In this document: positions 19,713 through 33,844 of the stretch, one piece after another
Layout of the letters: each line of letters starts with the position of its first letter
Position numbering within the stretch: the stretch's first letter is position 1
DNA from: Eledone cirrhosa
Lineage: Eukaryota
NCBI GenBank assembly: GCA_964016885.1
Contig: OZ024753.1
Span: forward strand, 34,348,001 to 34,412,000
DNA length: 64,000 bases
Reading direction: 5' to 3'
Notes under the pieces: generated by a model
Databases searched by the model: none
Told to the model about the DNA's origin: nothing
Seen by the model: the letters and a program-made list of their open reading frames with translations, nothing else
Made by a program: the position numbers and the translations under genes

Positions 19713-20661
19713 ATATATATATATATATATAATATATATATATAATGTATATAATATATATATATAATGTATATAATATATATATATATATAATGTATAT
19801 ATATATATAATGTATATAATATATATATATATATAATATATATATATATATAATATATATATATATATAATGTATATAATATATATAATGTATATAATAT
19901 ATATAATGTATATAATATATATATATAATATATATATATATATAATGTATATAATATATATAATGTATATAATATATATATATATATAATATATATATAA
20001 TATATATATATAATATATATATAATATATATATATAATATATATATAATATATATGTATATAATATATATGTATATATAATATATATATATATATATAAT
20101 ATATATGTATATATAATATATATATATATATAATATATATGTATATATAATATATATGTATATATAATATATATGTATATATAATATATATATAATATAT
20201 ATATATAATGTATATAATATATATATATAATGTATATAATATATATATATATATATAATGTATATAATATATATATATACATATATAATGTATATAATAT
20301 ATATATAATTATATATATATATAATATATAATATATATATATATATATATAATGTATATAATATATATATATAATGTATATAATATATATATATATAATG
20401 TATATAATATATATATATATAATGTATATAATATATATATATATATAATGTATATAATATATATATATATATAATACATATAATATATATATATATATAT
20501 AATGTATATAATATATATATATAATACATATAATATATATATATATAATACATATATAATGTATATAATATATATAATACATATATAATGTATATAATAT
20601 ATATAATACATATATAATGTATATAATTATATATATATATATATATAATTATATATATATA

Positions 20662-20696
<35 letters not shown>
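19713..20696. repeat. Interrupted (TA)n array with aatgtatataat units
   Basis: Directly visible. Confidence 0.95.
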
Positions 20697-20700
<4 letters not shown>

Positions 20701-20758
20701 TTCTTAATATATCAAGTCTTCCACAATACTACATCACGTTAAAACCACACACACTGAG

Positions 20759-20810
<52 letters not shown>

Positions 20811-21339
20811 ACACACACACACACACACACACGTCTTCAACGATCTAATAATATATACCATTTATACCTGTGGTGAGCTATAAAGTGCAAAGAGTAAGTT
20901 CCTGATATGCCAAGGTCGCGAGCAAGTTGCACACAACCATTGTGCAGCTAGAATATTTCATTTGCTTACATTGCTGGTGTGATACCAGAGGCGTAGCAGG
21001 ATGAAACGAAGGGAGGTGGTAGTCACCCCCTCCCTATATTCACCTCATTGGGCATGGTGGGAGATGTTGAAAGAAAGGCGTGAAAAGGCGAAACGTTTTC
21101 TTTGGTCTATCTTACTTGTAAGTTAAGGTGTGGCGCTCTAAATATGTCTTTCTCTGACCACTAAAACGTCGTGAAACCTTCCAGTGTCACTGTACTATAA
21201 GTAAAATATAAAGTAAAGTCCTCTTAACGCTTGATGGAGTACGGCATGCCTTGGGTTTTAAAAGCTGGTGGAGCCCATTCCTCTCAAGATCAGGACAGCC
21301 GGCTCTTTAGGATTTGAGTTCAATCCCGCTCCCACCAAG

Positions 21340-21703
21340 ATCGATAAATAAAGTACCAGTTACGTATTGGAATCGATAAAGTACCAGTAAAGTATTGAAA
21401 TCAATAATAAAGTACCAGTTACGTATTGGAATCGATAAATAAAGTACCAGTAAAGTATTGAAATCGATAAATAAAGTACCAGTTACGTATTGGAGTCAAT
21501 AAAGTACCAGTTACGTATTGGAATCGATAAAGTACCAGTAAAGTATTGAAATCGATAAATAAAGTACCAGTTACGTATTGGATCGTTAAATAAAGTACCA
21601 GTAAAGTATTCAGATCGATAAAGTATCAGTTACGTTTCGAGATCGATAAATTAAATAAACTACCAGTAAAGTATTGAGATCGATAAATAAAATACCAGTT
21701 ACG
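21340..21703 (+). repeat. 27-31 bp tandem array derived from the SINE core
   Basis: atcgata(aata)aagtaccagt(tac/aaa)gtattg repeated about 12 times, directly after a SINE-like gagttcaatcccg head. Confidence 0.85.
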
Positions 21704-22336
21704 CAATGAGTGTGTGTCTTTGTATATGTGTGTGCATGTGTGTGTGTGTGTGTCTTTATATATGTGTGTGCATGTGTGTGTCTGTATAGGTGTGTGTCTT
21801 TGTATATGTGCATGTTGTGTGTCTATATCTGTGTGTGCATATGCGTATGTATGTGTCTTTGTATTTGTACTTGCATGTATGTATGTGTATGTTTCTATAT
21901 ATGTAGATATATATGCATGTGTGTGTATTTGCCCCTCTCTAAGACTGTTTTCGTGTTACTTGTGTATGTATATGTGTTGGTGTCACTATTTGTATGTGTG
22001 TGCGTGTATGTGACTATATATTTGTGTGGTTGTCTGTGCTTGTTTTGTGTGAATGTGGTTGGTGTGTATGTGTGCATGTGTGTATTTATGAGTTTATGTG
22101 TCTTGTGTGTTTGTGTATGTATGGGTCCCATGTCTTTTTCTCTCTGAATGCGGGAGCGTGTGTGAGAGCATGTGAACGTGTCTATGTGTATGCATGTGTG
22201 TGCGTGAGCATGTGTGCGTGAGCATGTGTGCGTGAGCATGTGTGCGTGCGTGCGTGTGCGTGTGCGCGCGTGTGTGTGTGCGAGTATGTGTGTGCACGCA
22301 TGTAATGTGTTCATGTATGTTTTCCTTTGAACTTCA

Positions 22337-22531
22337 TAATTATTTCTACTTTTTGGCACAAGGCCAGCAATTATCCCAGTGCATTACTGGTACTTTATTT
22401 TATCGACCCCGTAAGGATGAAAGGCAAAGTAAACCTCGGCGGGATTTGAACAACTCAGAATGGCAAGGACCGTAACTCTATGCGTCAAAGCATGGCGTCC
22501 GACCCACTACCGATACTGCCAATCCACCGCC
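22337..22531 (-). mobile_element. tRNA-derived SINE, full length
   Basis: Matches the SINE consensus. ttgaacttcataat occurs on both sides (about 22326 and 22533), consistent with a TSD. Confidence 0.85.
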
Positions 22532-23047
22532 TTTGAACTTCATAATGTTCTTCCATAGAAGGTAGTATGAATCTTAAAGCTATAATTTGGTTTCCTCGCA
22601 AACCTTACACTTGTAACTTTCCAATACTCTATATGTAAATATTGTGTGAATCATCGTCTTCGTCGCCCTTGTTATGTCCCAAGCCATATTTCTCGAGGCT
22701 TTCTACAATTCCAGTGTATCTTGACACGGAGGCAAGTTGGCAGAGGCATTAGAACGTCGGATAGAATGCTTTTCAATATTTGTTCCAGCTATCTGCTCTC
22801 CGAGTTCAAGTCCCACCGAAGTCAACTTTGTCTTTTTTCACCCTTTCATGGTCGATATAGTGTCAGTCCAGTACTGGGGTAGCTTCTTCTGCACCCTCTC
22901 TTTCTCTCTCCCTAAAAACATCGGAATTCTGAGATGGACAGGAATGGGTTTCACCAGGTTTAAAATGGCCAAGACTCACAAGGTTGATAGATAAAGTATC
23001 AGTCCAGTATTAGGGTCGATTCTTCTCCTCTATCTCTTTCTCAAGGT

Positions 23048-23825
23048 TGAAATATAAACTAATATAGCTAGGACATATTAGATGGAAATAGCTATGATGA
23101 AAACAAGAGTCATATTCATTTCAACATAATTCGGCTGCGTTCCTTGTCCAGACTAATCTCTGAGAGGCTGGACAAGAGACTGAGGCTATGGCATCCTGCC
23201 GTAGTAGGCAGCGCTGTCGCACAACAGGTGGGTAAAGCCACAACTCATCTTCCACACAATCACTCGCTAATTAGTAGAGTCGTTAGAACGTCGGATAAAA
23301 TGCTTTGCAGTATTTGTTTCGGCTCTCTTCTCTCTGAGTTCAAATCCCTCCAAGGTCAACTTTGCCTTTCATCCATTCAAGGTCGATAAAAAAAAATACC
23401 AGTCTAGTACTGGGGTCGATTCATACTCTATATCTTTTTCTCACTTCCATTCTCCCACTCTCTATCATTCTCTGGAAGCAATCGACTGTATTCAAAGCTG
23501 GAGTTCAGGTGGGCTCCGCCAGGTTTAAACATTATCTACAAACACCGTATGTCATTACGACACCCCTACGACCTCACCAGGAGTTAGGGGGCTATGCATG
23601 CATTAGCGAGTGATTGTGTGGAAGATGAGTTGTGGCTTTACCCACCTGTTGTGCGACAGCGCTGCCTACTACGGCAGGATGCCATAGCCTCAGTCTCTTG
23701 TCCAGCCTCTCAGAGAATAGTCTGGACAAGGAACGCAGCCGAATTATGTTGAAATGAATATGACTCTTGTTTTCATCATAGCTATTTCCATCTAATATGT
23801 CCTAGCTATATTAGTTTATATTTCA
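23048..23825. repeat. 224-bp near-perfect inverted repeat (23048-23271 / 23602-23825) with a 330-bp spacer containing a SINE-like copy
   Basis: The arms are reverse complements; I noticed one mismatch. Confidence 0.9.
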
Positions 23826-24836
23826 TACTGTTGTGATACTTTCCTTATATTTCAATTAACTTAAAACCAGAGATAACATGATAAACACTCTCTGCTGACA
23901 AAAACAACTCTTGCATAAACATATATTTAAACGAATTATATTTTAAAATGTTTTAAGGAAATTTATCAAAGAGAAACATGAATTTTAAAAATTTAACAAA
24001 TTTATAATCGTTGATAATTTTTATTTGGATAACGTTCTTAAACATTTTTAAGCCCAGGGTAGTTTTAATAAGTTAATTTATTCAAACTTTTTAAAAATAA
24101 TTCTAATATTCACCATTTAAGAAAAATTAATGTGCAAGAATGGGTTTTTCTCAGTGGGAGGTTTGCCAGGTTTTCACCAAAACGTATTAAGGGCAGTTGT
24201 ATTAACCACGAGAGATTCGGCTGTGCCAAAATGGTCTTGAAACAATTTCAAGTTGATATCTGTACAAACATTCAGTTCACATATAGTTAGGCTAGAGGAA
24301 AAATTAATATTACTCAACATAGGATTTTCACGTACGTGACTACTAAACATTATAGGAAGGATAGTCTATATATCAAATTTTGTTCTCCCTCCCTTTCTCT
24401 CTCTCGCATTCTCTCTCTCCCCCCTCTTCTCTTGTTCTCTCTATCTCTTTCTCTCACTTCGTCTCTTTCTCTCTGCGTTATTTCGTTTCCCTTTGATATT
24501 TCACTTCTCTCTCATACATCACATCTAAACTTTGTTTATAGAGTCAGTACATTTTCCAGAAACTTCACTAAATCAATTGTTACTTCTGTTAGAACTGCTA
24601 AGTTGATGTTATTATCCTCAACACTTGGATTAACAGGGAAAAAAAAATATGTAGCAAAAGCTACAAGAGTAACAAAGAGAAATTGGCATCATCATCATCA
24701 TCATCAACAACAACCTGAATTTCTCCATCATCATCGTCATCATCAACTTTCTGCCTTTCACCCAGTAATACAAAAACACAATAACATCACCACAACAGAT
24801 ACGACATAGTGTACAGATATTGCTCATTATAATTAA

Positions 24837-25648
24837 CGAGGTTAACTTGGCCTTTCATCCTTACGAGGTCGATAAAATAAAGTACCAGTAATGCACTGAT
24901 ATAACTGCTGGCCTTGTGCCAAAAGTAGAAACAATTATTTCATTAGTTTCAGTCACCACACCTGGGGCACCATCTTGAAGAGATTTCGTCAATAATATCG
25001 ACCACAGTACCTATACTTTCAAATGTAATACACTGAGGGAATTGCTGGCCGTGTGCCAAACGTAGAAACAATTATAATTATTCTTATGTTAACACAAATC
25101 ATGCGGAGATTTGAGCGTCGTTTCAAATCCCAGGTTGACGAATAATTAACTTTATTTTTACCCAATAGATACCTTCATTTTTCTCTGTTCACTTTTCGTG
25201 AGTATCAAATTGAGCGGACAAGATGAGTTTTTGGCAGGATTCAAATTATGCTAATGTTTTAGGATATAACACAATTTACCCAAATTAATTTCACCTCATT
25301 CAAGCAACATGATGCTTTGCAGCATTTAGTTACGAGGTCGATAAATTAAAGTACCAGTAATGTACTGGGGTCGATTTAATCGATTTTCCCCTCCTCTTCA
25401 AAAGCTGGCCTTGTGCCTATATAAGAAACTATTATTTAGAATCGTTAGAACGTCGGACAACATACGTTGCGGCATAGAGTTACGGCGTTTACGATCTGAT
25501 TTTATATCCTGCCGAGGTTAGCTTTGCCTTTCATCCTTACGAGGTCGATAAAATAAAATACCAGTAATGCACTGGGGTTGATTTAAGAGACTTCCCCCTC
25601 TCCAAAGTTGTTGTCCTAGAGCCTAAATCAGAAAACATTATTATTATT
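24837..25648 (+). mobile_element. Cluster of partial and full SINE copies
   Basis: Core motif at about 24850, 25335 and 25525; tail at about 25045. Confidence 0.75.
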
Positions 25649-25754
25649 AAAGTTACCGGAAAGGGCTAAATCAAAACTAATAAAATTACAGCTTATGTGG
25701 ATTTACAAAACATTTGATATAAAAACTGCACCCCAATCTAGCCTCATCCCATCC

Positions 25755-25988
25755 TCATATTTGATGGTCGGAGGTCATGGATTTATGGACCACCACTCTC
25801 CAGCTTTTCATGTCACTTGCCATTGCTGGCAAACTCCTTCCTGTCCATTCCTTAATATCATCTGTCCATCTCTTTTTCTGCCGTCCTCTGACACTTCTCC
25901 CATTTATTCGTCCCTTAAGGATGTGGGTAGTCAAATTTTGGGCCCTGATGACATGACCAAAATGGCCAAATTTTACACAGAGCAACAC
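25755..25988 (-). pseudogene. 3' fragment of an RTE (BovB-like) LINE
   Basis: FGHVIR...ILKGRINGRSVRGRQKKRWTDDIKEWTG...D..SWR is the RTE C-terminal signature. Confidence 0.8.
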
Positions 25989-27501
25989 AAATGTAAGTCA
26001 CTCGGCTATCTCTCTCTCTTCTTTCGAATTCGCTAATTTGCAAATCCTGTCTCGACAAACACAACTTCCATCTAATTGATAGCTTTTAATTATTATTATT
26101 ATCACATCCAAATGACTTCCATCAAAACGGTTTCTTAGTTTTTTTTTTTTTTAATCATTAAACTGTTTATTTATTGAAGTATTTTCAGCTTGTACATCAT
26201 ATTTTACATGTTTATGTCAAATGTAAAGTCACAACCTATAATTGTAAAGGAATAAAAAATAGTCAATTATTGTACCTCTTTTTCAGGAGAGTTTCATTCT
26301 AAACGAAAATAACGAAGATTTATAAAAGTCAGGTCAGCAGTTTACGTTATCTATTGTCACGTTGTCTTCATGTTTTTGGTTTACTACAGCTTAACTTTTG
26401 TCATTTCATGAGGCATTGTCTCCTAAATGCTTCTTTCTTTCTTATCTTATTAGATTTGTCTTATGTAAAATGAATGAAACATTGTCAGGCTGGTCTACTG
26501 CTGAATCTTACACAATGTAGTTAGCTCCTCAAAGAGTTTCCATAAATCACGAAAAGCTACTTTGTATGTGACGTTCATAAATCAACTGTAATAAAATTAA
26601 GCCACATATGCAATTGACTTTAAAGCGTGGAACTAATGCCTCAAAATTTGTCTTTATTATTTGCTGCAATGCAAAGTATCTAGATAACGATTTAACTTCA
26701 TTAAATTGTCTTAAAGCAACAATTCAATACCAGAGGCCTCTGCAATGTCTTTGGCATCGCATCTTGTACCGGTAGTGTGAGAAAACACAGTACAGATTGT
26801 TCAAATCGAAGTTTTAATATCTATTATTAATTTGAATACTTTCCATATATCATAAATCCTTAAATTTTCTTAGTGTGCTACACAGAGTTGTTGAAATAAA
26901 TACAGAATGTCCTGCCTCAGATTTGCTGCAGAACCGTTAAATATGTGCAATATTACTGACGCTCCATCAAACAAACTTCACAATTTTACGGGCTTCTATC
27001 TTCTCCCCATAAAACTGTTTGATTATTAAAACAACAAAAGAAACATGGCACACACGCAACGGAACTATTCTTTAAAAAACCGTTTTCTAAATAGCACAAA
27101 TTTTAGATCTGAATTTCAAGTACAAAATGAAATATCTTTTTAAACGTATCTTTCTGACAAATATAGTTAATAGTACGCAGAAATTCAAACGCAAAACTAC
27201 GGATAACTACTTATTTTAGAGTTAAATAAATTTTACCGTATATTCGTTAATATATTTAGCTGGATGTAAAAGGTTATTCATTATGATAACTAACAACATG
27301 CTCTCGATAAGAGCTACGTTCTCTTGTGGATTTAGGAATCATACACATAATTTCTGTGTTGGTTAATGAGGGATTTTGTTGTCTGATCTTTTGTATATTG
27401 TCCAAATGCGATTTTCTTCCCAAATGATATTCCAAACAGTCAATGTTTCTAAATACCACACATCATTCCACTAGCAAATTCCCCAACAACTTCCATATCA
27501 C

Positions 27502-27925
27502 AATAATTGTTTCTACTTTTGGCACAAGGCCAGCAATTACCACAGTGCATTACTGGTACTTTATTTTATCGACCCCGTAAGGATGAAAGGCAATGTTAAC
27601 CTCGGCGGAATTTGAACTCAGAAATGCAAGGGCCGCAACTCTATGCGTCAAAGCATGGTGTCCGACCCTCTACTGGTATTGCTAATCAATAATATAAACA
27701 GATAACTCTAGTTTCCTAACCATTCATAAATATTGGTTTATAATTTAGGTACAAGGACAGCATATTTGGGGGAAGGAGAAAGTCGATTAAAAAAATCCCA
27801 GTACTTGAATGGTACTTTATTTTATCGACCTCAGATGGATGAAAGGCAAAGTTGACCTCGACGGGATTTGAACTAAAAATGTAAATCAACGTAACTAAAC
27901 GCTCTAACCACACTGCCAATCTATC
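27502..27925 (-). mobile_element. Two tRNA-derived SINE copies
   Basis: Consensus match. Confidence 0.8.
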
Positions 27926-29319
27926 CAGCTGAATCATCTATAAATATTCCTAGCAGATGTAAATTCATGACATTAAATGATTTCGGTAGAGCAGCTTCCT
28001 ATATTGTTAAGTCATTCATTCAACTTTAAAGCTAAATCTGCACTTCAAATCCTTGGCGATTTTTAATTCGACAAATTCGCCATGTTTTCAATAAAACCTC
28101 AGCAAGCGACAGATATGGCGACAGCCATGCTGCAACTGTATCAAGCAGAGAAGGGACAACAAGGTAATACACATTAATAATAGACCATTGTGTTATTTGA
28201 TAAACAGACTAACGAAAACTGTTAGCGAGGAGAATGTTTTCATTCAGTAAAATTATTAATTACTGCGGTATTTTAGATAACGAAACTTGTATGCTCATTT
28301 GTGTCTTGTTTGCGATGATTGAAACGGTAGGCGTTTGCATATGCGCAGAGCTTGGTAGAAAACAATATATATGAATTTTATCTAAGCAACCTATGTATCA
28401 AATTTTGTATAGATAAACAAAATAAGATAGATTTATTGGATAAGAAAGATATATTGGATAAGAAAAACAAACGCCGACAGTCGCTTAATGACATCATACT
28501 CGTAAATCTATTTTAAAAATATTCATCAAGAATATTTGGCTGCTATTTCTAACAGGTGGTGGTCACCGCACATATACTTCTTCACTGGATAGAGCGATTG
28601 TGTACATACACATGTTTATAGAAATATATATCAGCAAAATTCATATATGAGAGAGAGAGATGCAGACGATAAGGTGCCTATAGATAGTTGTTACGTTGTA
28701 ACTTTGAGAGGATAATGTAGACAGGAAGACAAATATATCGTTAAAGGTAGGACCTTTTGATTGGAAAGCGAACGTCTTATTTTAACAAAATGTGTGTGTG
28801 TGTGTGTGAGTGTGTGTGTGTGTACTATATATATATATATATATATATATAAACAATTACACGTAACTTATTAATATGGTTGATATATGTGTATCATAAA
28901 GCATTGTTATCGAATAAAAGTCAGTAGACGAAGATACTGTAGGATTACCAACTTTACGTCATCACTGTGTATATATCAAATTGATTCAATTGTTTCAGAT
29001 GTATTTATATTCCCCTCAGAGTTGTTTTGATTCTGGTCGTCACGTTACTGAGAAAGAAACAGCTTAAACTCATTAAGTTTTGGAGAGGAAATTTACAGGA
29101 ACAAATCTATGATCAGTTATTACCAAAAGGTGCATTTAAGTGTCATTTAAGTGCATTTAACTCTCAGTCTACTGAGGCTTTTCGACCTTTAGATCAACTT
29201 TTATCCTCTATTCGACCCACTGTCATCATTTTGGACTTTTCAGTTCTTAACTGGCCACTTCTTTCACATTTATCGAATTAAATTCTTCTCCACTTTAACT
29301 ACTTGCCATTTTATACACA

Positions 29320-29537
29320 TGGCGGTGGATTGGCAGTATCGGTAGAGGGTCGGACACCATGCTTTGCAGCATAGAGTGACGGCCCTTTATGATCTGAGTT
29401 CAAATCCCACCGAGGTTAACTTTGCCTTTCATCCTTACGGGGTCGATAAAATGAAGTACCAGTAATGTACTGGAGTCGATTTAATCGACTTTCTCCTTCC
29501 CCCAAATTCCTGATCTTGTGCCTATATAAGAAACCAT
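29320..29537 (+). mobile_element. tRNA-derived SINE, long-tail variant
   Basis: Consensus match. ccattttatacacat flanks both ends, consistent with a TSD. Confidence 0.85.
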
Positions 29538-30130
29538 TTTATACACATACTTCGATAACGTAAATTTCTTTGACCTATTAGCGTTTCTATTACCACATAG
29601 AAAGTCACCTTAGACAGGTGATTTTTACCTTTTCGAGATATTAATTTTATACACCTCTATTATCTTTATTCTCTTTCTCACACTGTAGACACATAAACTA
29701 AAAGCTTTTAACATATTCCAGTTTTACTATATTCTGTTTCTATAACATTTATTCATTAACACTTGATATCTTATTCCGCTTCTTGTGTCTCGTTTATAAC
29801 TTTTAGCTGTATATTTTAGTCTCTTACTTCGATATAAACCAGATAACCCGCTATCCATAAGTAAGATCACTTTACTACCTCCACCCTTCTTAACGTTTAT
29901 TCAGGCTGTATAGATAAATCCTTTTCTTTTTATTCTATATCAAATAAAATTGTATCCGTTAATGATATCCTTACACTTCTAGAAACACTCACTTATACGC
30001 ATCCAGTGTACAGAATGACTGAAGCCTATCGGCTGGAACACGTAATAAAATAATAGAATTAACTCCTCGACATTGCTTTAATTTACTGCATGAATATCAT
30101 AATGGCTTATAAAGCGTTTATTATATTAAC

Positions 30131-30313
30131 GTGGATTGGCAGTATCGTTAGAAGGTTGGACGCCATGCTTTCCAGCATAGTTACGTCCCTTTACGATCTG
30201 AGTTCAAATCACGCCGAGGTTGACTTTGCCTTTCATCCTTACAGGGTCGATAAAATAAAGTACGAGTAATGCACTGGTAAATTGCTGGCCTTGTGCCTAA
30301 AGTAGAAACAATT
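30131..30313 (+). mobile_element. tRNA-derived SINE
   Basis: Consensus match. ttatattaacgt flanks both ends. Confidence 0.85.
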
Positions 30314-30555
30314 ATATTAACGTCGTCACTGTTTGACAAGTTCACCCTGTAACTTAAGGTTATAAAAATATAGAAATGAATGGAAATTAAGTTTTAGGAA
30401 TTTAGGTGTTAAATTATTACAATGACTACTGGTCAAAAAATACAGACCACTACTATCACCAAACCACCGCTACCATCACTATCGCTACCACAATGAAAAA
30501 TGTCTGGACACTGTGGGAGAACGCTACAGTCGGTTCTGGTGTGTAATTATTCCGT

Positions 30556-31896
30556 AACTTATAGTTTAACAATATATTTAGCAAGTTCTTATTCTGAAAC
30601 TTATAGTTTAACAATAGATTTAGCAAGTTCTTATTCTGAAACTTATAGTTTAACAATAGATTTAGCAAGTTCTTATTCTGAAACTTATAGTTTAACAATA
30701 GATTTAGCAAGTTCTTATTCTGAAACTTATAGTTTAACAATATATTTAGCAAGTTCTTATTCTGAAACTTATAGTTTAACAATAGATTTAGCAAGTTCTT
30801 ATTCTGAAACATAGTTTAACAATATATTTATCAAGTTCTTATTCTGAAACTTATAGTTTAACAATATATTTAGCAAGTTCTTATTCTGAAACGTATAGTT
30901 TAACAATAGATTTAGCAAGTTCTTATTCTGAAACATAGTTTAACAATATATTTATCAAGTTCTTATTCTGAAACTTATAGTTTAACAATATATTTAGCAA
31001 GTTCTTATTCTGAAACTTATAGTTTAACAATAGATTTAGCAAGTTCTTATTCTGAAACTTATAGTTTAACAATAGATTTAGCAAGTTCTTATTCTGAAAC
31101 ATAGTTTAACAATATATTTAGCAAGTTCTTATTCTGAAACTTATAGTTTAACAATATATTTAGCAAGTTCTTATTCTGAAACTTATAGTTTAACAATAGA
31201 TTTAGCAAGTTCTTATTCTGAAACATAGTTTAACACTATATTTAGCAAGTTATTTTTCTGAAACTTATAGTTTAACAATATATTTAGCAAGTTCTTATTC
31301 TGAAACATAGTTTAACAATATATTTAGCAAGTTCTTAATCTGAAACTTATAGTTTAACAATATATTTAGCAAGTTCTTATTCTGAAACTTATAGTTTAAC
31401 AATATATTTAGCAAGTTCTTATTCTGAAACTTATAGTTTAACAATAGATTTAGCAAGTTCTTATTCTGAAACATAGTTTAACTATAGATTTAGCAAGTTA
31501 TTATTCTGAAACTTATAGTTTAACAATAGATTTAGCAAGTTCTTATTCTGAAACTTATAGTTTAACAATAGATTTAGCAAGTTCTTATTCTGAAACTTAT
31601 GGTTTAACAATATATTTAGCAAGTTCTTATTCTGAAACATAGTTTAACAATAGATTTAGCAAGTTATTATTCTGAAACTTATAGTGTAACAATAGATTTA
31701 GCAAGTTCTTATTCTGAAACTTATAGTTTAACAATATATTTAGCAAGTTATTATTCTGAAACATAGTTTAACAATAGATTTAGCAAGTTCTTAATCTGAA
31801 ACTTATAGTTTAACAATATATTTAGCAAGTTCTTAATCTGAAACTTATAGTTTAACAATAGATTTAGCAAGTTCTTAATCTGAAACTTATAGTTTA
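30556..31896. repeat. 42-bp (some 40-bp) minisatellite, about 32 copies
   Basis: Unit aacttatagtttaacaata(g/t)atttagcaagttcttattctga. Confidence 0.95.
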
Positions 31897-33171
31897 GTAA
31901 TAGACTTAACTTATTATTCTCTTTGATTCACTTGACTGCTGTTGTTTTTTTACAATAAAAATATACCAAACAGAAAACTGTATTGGTGTGATTAAATGAC
32001 ATCGACAATGAACTTACACGATAGATTGTATTGCTGGCTGTAATTAAAAGTTTCTCTTGACAGTATACAACGATTAGAAATCACTGTTTCGTTTTTTCTT
32101 TTTCTTCAGATTTTATTATCTATTATCTAATGACCAAAGAATAAAGGTTCTTTTTAATGTTATTGTTTTCAAAACAAAGTTGACATATGAATATTGTAAT
32201 CAAATATTTAACTAAATAGCATTGAAATAATTTTTACTGTAAATATCGTATTTCCGAATACTCTTTTAATCTTTTAATCACCAACACAACTAAGGCCATA
32301 CAATTACTGTCTACCTTCTACGGAATTGGGAGATAGGAAATATGGTTTGTTAACTCTCTTTGAATTATAGTTAAAACACAAAGTAAAGGCAGAATTTCTT
32401 TGATCTAAAATACGAAAACGAAAACATCACGAATGAGAGTTATGAACCGTTTCAGGGCATTTGCAAGAATATGAATAGAAGTTAGGTTATGAATAAATAA
32501 TCATACAGACACATACCTATATGTATTTAGTCAACTTTTTACTATCATATACATGAGCTATGATAGTCACATGTTTTGTTCATATTTTAATAAGTAGTCT
32601 GCTTGTGATATTTATCATTATCAGTTTGAAAATGAAAAGAAGGAGGATTTTTATGAATTTATTTTTAACTAACAATGAAACCTGTCGCTTCAATATGCAT
32701 TACAAGTGCTGAAAAGACCACCATGTGCCTAATTTTGCAGTGAGATTAAATTAAATGAATATGAATGAGGTATGTCAAAAAAGTATAAGGCTTTATTTTT
32801 TTCCCGTTGAAGTAATGACATTAGGAAGACAAAAATGTGCAGGGCAGAGCCGCATACAATTATGCGCATGCGAGAGGTTTAGCGATGCAAGTTGTTGCTT
32901 GTAGAAAGCAACCATTCGGTTGAATAACTCTCAAATTTACGCTAAGTTAGCAAAATTCCAATATTATTTGTCCTGCTAAAGAATATTTGCTTTTAATTTA
33001 CACAGAGTGGACGCAACTTTTATCTTTGAACTGATCGACAATGAAACGTATGTAATATGTTATTAAATATGTTATGATGCAACACTGATTCTTTGTTCCT
33101 TTATTCTAATATATATATATATATATATATATAAACAAGAAAGACGACTTTATTTGTCCATCCTATTTATT

Positions 33172-33237
33172 TGTTATACGTATTTCGAAGACGTATGGAA
33201 GTTGTATAACAGCTGCCCTACGTGTTCTCGTCAGACA
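33172..33237 (-). ncRNA. Type-I hammerhead ribozyme (AUA triplet, long stem II)
   Basis: Minus strand: tgt-CTGACGA-gaacacgta...tacgtcttc-GAAATACGTATA^aca, with palindromic stem III ATACGTAT. It sits in a 160-bp insert between TA tracts. Confidence 0.7.
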
Positions 33238-33285
33238 GTTCTGTTAAGAAGAAGTCGCCAGATTTTGAATGAACCAACTTTCTTC

Positions 33286-33326
<41 letters not shown>

Positions 33327-33327
<1 letters not shown>

Positions 33328-33394
33328 GGCTGGGTTAGTTCGGATCTAGCTGTCGAAACGGTCGGAGCTCAGCCGCCGGGGCCCTGACTCTTTT

Positions 33395-33398
<4 letters not shown>
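33327..33398 (+). mobile_element. Family-B fold-back element fragment, tail-less
   Basis: gctgtcgaaacggtcggagctcagccgccgggg...ttttccta, between TA tracts. Confidence 0.7.
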
Positions 33399-33450
<52 letters not shown>

Positions 33451-33453
<3 letters not shown>

Positions 33454-33666
33454 GTGGAACACTGGAAGGTAATATCCGTAGTGGTAGAGCACTCAGTCCA
33501 AGGGACGAGTTAGGTAGAAGTGGTTACACAACAATTAGTTCACCATACTGAGAACAATTGTTTCACCTTCGCGGATCTTCAGCACGGGACATCCCGAGCT
33601 GAAGATCCGCTAAGGTGAAACAATTGTTCTCGGTATGGTGAACTAACTGTTGTGTAACCACTTCTA
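33451..33666. mobile_element. PLE-type fold-back mini-element (IR 33515-33666, tail 33451-33514)
   Basis: Near-perfect palindrome centred at about 33590, with a hammerhead on each arm and the tail hairpin at 33489-33510. Confidence 0.8.
33594..33633 (+). ncRNA. Minimal type-I hammerhead (GUU); mirror copy at 33548-33587 on the minus strand
   Basis: ccgag-CTGAAGA-t-cc gctaa gg-t-GAAACAATTGTT^ctcgg, with palindromic stem III. Confidence 0.75.
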
Positions 33667-33768
33667 TGTATGTATGTATGTATGTATGTATGTATGTATG
33701 TATGTATGTATGTATGTATGTATGTATGTATGTATGTATGTATGTATGTATGTGTGTATGTATGTGTG

Positions 33769-33802
<34 letters not shown>

Positions 33803-33844
33803 TGTATGTATGTATGTATGTATGTATGTATGTATGTATGTATT

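Noticed and set aside
27274-27462. Minus-strand ORF resembling half of a matrin/U1-type zinc finger (F...LEYHLGRKSH)
   Set aside because: An in-frame stop lies immediately upstream, the first Cys pair is incomplete and there is no usable splice acceptor.
28082-28163. Possible first coding exon MFSIKPQQATDMATAMLQLYQAEKGQQ followed by GTAAT
   Set aside because: Short, no recognisable homology and no downstream exon identified; needs RNA-seq.
30012-30048. gaagcctatcggctggaacacgta, resembling a decayed PLE hammerhead
   Set aside because: Both core segments are broken; too degenerate to call.
30556-31896. Regular 42-bp repeats (and the 93-bp and 27-31-bp arrays) as CRISPR-like arrays
   Set aside because: Head-to-tail units without unique spacers, no cas genes, eukaryotic context.
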